Origin: Sphaerodactylus townsendi
Lineage: Eukaryota
NCBI RefSeq assembly: GCF_021028975.2
Contig: NC_059428.1
Coordinates: forward strand, 148,242,001-148,306,000
DNA length: 64,000 nt
Reading direction: 5' to 3'
Shown in pieces: positions 60,301 to 64,000 of this stretch (positions are counted from its first letter, which is position 1; each line of letters opens with the position of its first letter). Made by a program: the position numbers and the translations under genes. Under the pieces are notes generated by a model. It was not told where the DNA came from and ran no database searches. It saw nothing but the letters and a program-made list of their open reading frames with translations.

Positions 60301-63300
60301 ATAAGCCTCCACAACTCAAGCGGCAGAGCGGGGAATCAAACCTGGTTCCTCCAGATTAGAATGCACCTGCTCTTAACCTGCCTCTGCAGAGCAACCTAAG
60401 ATTTGTATTGTTGAAAGCTTTCACGACCGAGCTTTCACGGCCAGAATCACTAGGATGTTGTGGGTCTTCCGGGTTGTATGGCTGTGTTCCAGCAGTATGT
60501 TTTCCTGCATCTGCAGGGGAAATGTCAGGAGAAACTACTACTGGAACACGGCCATACAATCCGGAAAACCCACAACATCCTACTAATCTCGGGGGTCTCC
60601 CCTGGAAGTCCCGCTTAGCTGCTGAGTTCTGATCAGAATCAGCGGAGGGGCGTCGTTACACTCAAACAGGAGGCTGTTCAAAGATTTCAAGCAGCTCCTG
60701 TGAAGGGATAACGCAGGGAAACGACAACCTCCGCTCAGATAATTCACAGGCGCACGGACGGCTTTTGGTTTCACTAGAGCAGCCTTTGGCCCTTTACCCA
60801 GCCGGTTTTTCACAGTCCGGTTTCCGGAGACCCTTCTCACCTGCAATGGCATGATTGTGTGGGCCCCCCTGCAGCCCTGGAAACACAGCTTGATTGATGA
60901 GGCTTTCGAGGTTGTACGGGATTTCCTTTCCAGTTTTGGGGTCAATGCTGCGAACTCCTAGAAAAAGAAAACAGGAGAAAGACGGTGGTCATCACAATCA
61001 GGCTCCATGTAGTCTCTTTTCTCAAGTTTGTTCAACTTTCCATTCTAGTCAATATTCATGAATGCAGCAGTTATGGGAAGGATGTTATTTCCAATATCCC
61101 TTGAGAGCCAGCGTGGTGTAGTGGTTAAGAGCAAGTGCACTCTAATCCGGGGAACCGGATTTGATTCCCCGCTCTGTCACTTGAGTTGTGGAGGCTTATC
61201 TGGAGAATCAGATTAGCTTGTGCACTCCAACATGTATCAGTTGGGGACCTTGAGCTAGTCACAGCTCTTTGGAGCTCTCTCAGCCCCACCTACCTCACAG
61301 GGTGTTTATTGTGGGGGCGGGGGGGGGGGAGGGAAAGGAGATTGTAAGCCCCTTTGAGTCTTCTACAGGAGAGAAAGGGAGGACATAAATCCAAACTCTT
61401 CTTCTTCTTCTACATTTGTGTGTCTAATAATATAATAATATCATGACTAGGAATGGAAAATTGGAATCAATATTAACCCATCCCATGATCACACTGATCA
61501 TTTTTTGAATTCATTTTGTGCCTGGTCAGGCCCGTTTTACTTTACATACCAATTAATTGTTGGTATGTGTTCCAATGATCCAATCCACCAACGGCTGTTC
61601 GGGCTCCAGCAGTAAGTCTACCCCAGTTCTCATGAACCAGCGTTCAATCGTACCCTGAGCCTCACCTTTCCTGTAGAAGATCATGCCTGCCCGGCACCCC
61701 CGTAAGGTTTTGTGGGTGGTGGTGGAGACCACATCGCAGTGCTCGAAGGGCGACGGCACCACCTCAGCGGCCACCAAGCCACTGATGTGCGCCATGTCGG
61801 CCATGAGGTACGCGCTGTTCTCATCGGCGATCTTCCTCATGCGGGCGTATTCCAGGTTACGTGAATAGCAGCTGACCCCTAAGGAAAAAAAAAGGCAGTT
61901 TACCGGGTTAAAAAGAATGAAGAAGAGGAGTTTGAATTAATACCCCACCTTTCTTTCCTGTAACTCAAAGCAGTTTACAAACTCCTTTCTCTTCCTCTCC
62001 CCACAACAACCTTGTGAGGTAGGTGGGGCTGAGAGAGTTCGGAGAGAACTGTAACTAGCTCAAAGTCACCCAGGAGTGGGGAAATAAATACAGTTCACCA
62101 GATAACAGTCCTCTGTTCATATGGAGGAGCGGGGAATCGAACCCAGTTCTCCAAGTTAGAGTCTACTGCTCTCAACCACTACACCACGCTGGTTCCCAAT
62201 GAGGGGGCAACCTTTTTAAAACTGAGACAGAATTTTTATCCCCCAGAAAGCAGGAAGGATAAGCAGGAGAGAAACAAAGATGTTTGGAGCTGCTACATCA
62301 TGTGAGTACGAGTCTAGGATGGAGGACACTTTGTGGAACCTCGAGGGTGTTAAAAGAACCCTTCCAAATCCAGAAATTTGCCTTCCCACAGATTATTACC
62401 TGCGATGATCAGTTTTGGGTGGAACAGGCGGGCGTTCTCCTCCAGACGGTCATAGTCGATATATCCCGTCTCAGGGTTGACCTGGAGGCACGGACAAGAG
62501 GTGAAATGAACCAGGGCCCTGTTCCCAGCTCAGGCAGGTTTTTGTATTTCTGCATTTGCAGAGGGGTTTCGGCAGGTTTTCCCCCCAGTACTGTCAGTAA
62601 ACATCCGGTGGCCTTTTTTACCTGCACGGCTGTTTCTGAATAAAGAAATTTGCTAAAACAGAAGCGCTTTCCCTGAACAGCCCAGGGTCGTGGTGGCGAA
62701 CCTTTGGCACTCCAGATGTTATGGACTGCAATTCCCATCAGCCCCTGCCAGCATGGCCAATTGGCCATGCTGGCAGGGGCTGATGGGAATTGCAGTCCAT
62801 AACATCTGGAGTGCCAAAGGTTCGCCACCACTGGTCCAGGGGGTCCTGAGAGAACCAATATTGTCTAGCGGATAAGACTTGTTATTTCGATGGATTCTCA
62901 TCATATTCCGTTTTTTCTCCATTGTGGAACTCAACAAGGCATAGAGAGAGGATTCGCTGAAGTACCCCTAACTGCGGAGTGACCAGGTGCCCACAAATCC
63001 ATATCCCACAATTACCCATTATCAGGTTTGAATTATTCTTAGACTTTGTGACGGATTCAGATCTGACTAGTCCAATTTTAACCAACATAAGAACATAAGA
63101 ACAAGCCATCTGGATCAGACCAGAGTCCATCTAGCCAGCACTCTGCTCCTCGCAGTGGCCCACCAGGTGCCTTTGGGAGCTCACGTGCAGGATGTGAAAG
63201 CAATGGCCTGCTGCTGCTGCTGCTCCTGAGCACCTGGTCTGTTGAGGCATTTGCCATCTCAGATCAAAGGAGATCAAGATTGGTAGCCATACATCGACTT

Positions 63301-63591
63301 CTCCTCCAACAGTCATGCTTCATGTTACAGAAACCTAATGGTTTGTGCAGGGTCCTTTCTGAAAGGGCAGAACTCGAATTCAGATTGCCAGGACACAGAA
63401 CAGCACCATACAGCACAGATTACAGCCTACCTTGTACGGCATGGATTCGAAGAAGATCGAGGTGGCCGAGATCTTCTTCTTGTCTGTCATGAAGCCATGT
63501 GTCAGGTGGCCCCCGTCGGGCAAATCCAGCCCCATGATTCTGCCGTGAGGTTCCACCAAGGCGGTGTATACGGCAAAGTTTGCGGGAGACC
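57384..63591 (-). CDS. SHMT1: Cytosolic serine hydroxymethyltransferase, last 8 coding exons; 5' part outside window
   Basis: Exons 63431-63591, 62400-62481, 61666-61878, 60841-60957, 59841-59963, 59367-59483, 57853-57963, 57384-57556. PLP-lysine motif [30 protein letters not shown]; ends FPLPGLPVL*. Last intron has a GC donor. Confidence 0.96.
58367..59056 (-). mobile_element. CR1 LINE 3' fragment (host of the rearranged MITE)
   Basis: [26 protein letters not shown] and [27 protein letters not shown] remnants; (ATTCTATG) tail. Confidence 0.9.
58722..58936. mobile_element. Rearranged hAT MITE inserted in a CR1 fragment
   Basis: Same TIRs; TSD tcataggg; internal copies of the right junction. 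Confidence 0.8.
60405..60582. mobile_element. Decayed Penelope-like inverted remnant (related fragment at 38155-38252)
   Basis: Fold-back with CCGGAAAACCCACAAC arm and GAAAGCTTTCACG end shared with the other copies. Confidence 0.55.
61106..61411 (+). mobile_element. Full-length Squam3-like SINE; further copies near 545-672, 15447-15570, 26186-26452, 31620-32068, 33927-34148, 36700-36987, 37628-37833, 38255-38382, 38935-39065, 41595-41882, 51255-51555, 57640-57785, 60102-60377, 61918-62192
   Basis: A box TGGTGTAGTGG, B-box-like GGATTTGATTCC, MIR/Ther1-like core, CTT tail. Confidence 0.85.
62688..62833. mobile_element. Palindromic hAT MITE (young family)
   Basis: ~146-bp fold-back; TSD gcccaggg/gtccaggg. 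Confidence 0.9.
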
Positions 63592-63727
63592 CTGAGGCCG
63601 AAAGAAAACCCTGAGCGCAAAGGAGCCGGAGGAAGGAATTTACAATTCCATCCTAAACAGAGGTTGCTCTCTGTCCGTCACTCTGCACGCCCACAGCATT
63701 TGGGACACCATCCAAGAACAGATTGCC

Positions 63728-63865
63728 NNNNNNNNNNNNNNNNNNNNNNNNNNNNNNNNNNNNNNNNNNNNNNNNNNNNNNNNNNNNNNNNNNNNNNNNN
63801 NNNNNNNNNNNNNNNNNNNNNNNNNNNNNNNNNNNNNNNNNNNNNNNNNNNNNNNNNNNNNNNNN
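63728..63865. other. Assembly gap
   Basis: Run of N. Confidence 1.
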
Positions 63866-64000
63866 GCCGCTCTACTGAAACACTCAGAGCAGCTCACAAC
63901 ATCCATATAACACAATAAAAAAATAAAATCAACGATTTACTCAATCCGTAACTAATTATTAAAAACCACCTACTAACAAGCTAAAATGTTTACATGCGAT

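Overview
Vertebrate (squamate, most likely gecko) genomic DNA, syntenic to the human 17p11.2 Smith-Magenis block. It holds five intron-containing genes: FLII (- strand, exons 1-20, 3' part outside window), MIEF2/MiD49 (+, complete), TOP3A (-, complete, 19 coding exons), SMCR8 (+, complete) and SHMT1 (-, last 8 coding exons). FLII/MIEF2 and TOP3A/SMCR8 are head-to-head on CpG-rich promoters; MIEF2/TOP3A and SMCR8/SHMT1 are tail-to-tail. Introns are crowded with tRNA-derived SINEs, 5S-headed SINEs, CR1/L2/Rex-like LINE ends, palindromic hAT MITEs, two solo LTRs and Penelope-type remnants carrying minimal hammerhead-ribozyme cores; there are two assembly gaps. Most notable observations: (1) a short uORF whose UGA overlaps the mitochondrial-isoform AUG of TOP3A, mirrored by the same AUGA overlap at SMCR8; (2) an inverted, nested copy of FLII exon 17 with both splice sites inside intron 13; (3) intact hammerhead cores on the sense strand of FLII and TOP3A introns; (4) a local templated insertion, a GC-AG intron in SHMT1 and a solo LTR positioned to supply poly(A) signals. 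All coordinates were read by eye; TE family names are provisional.
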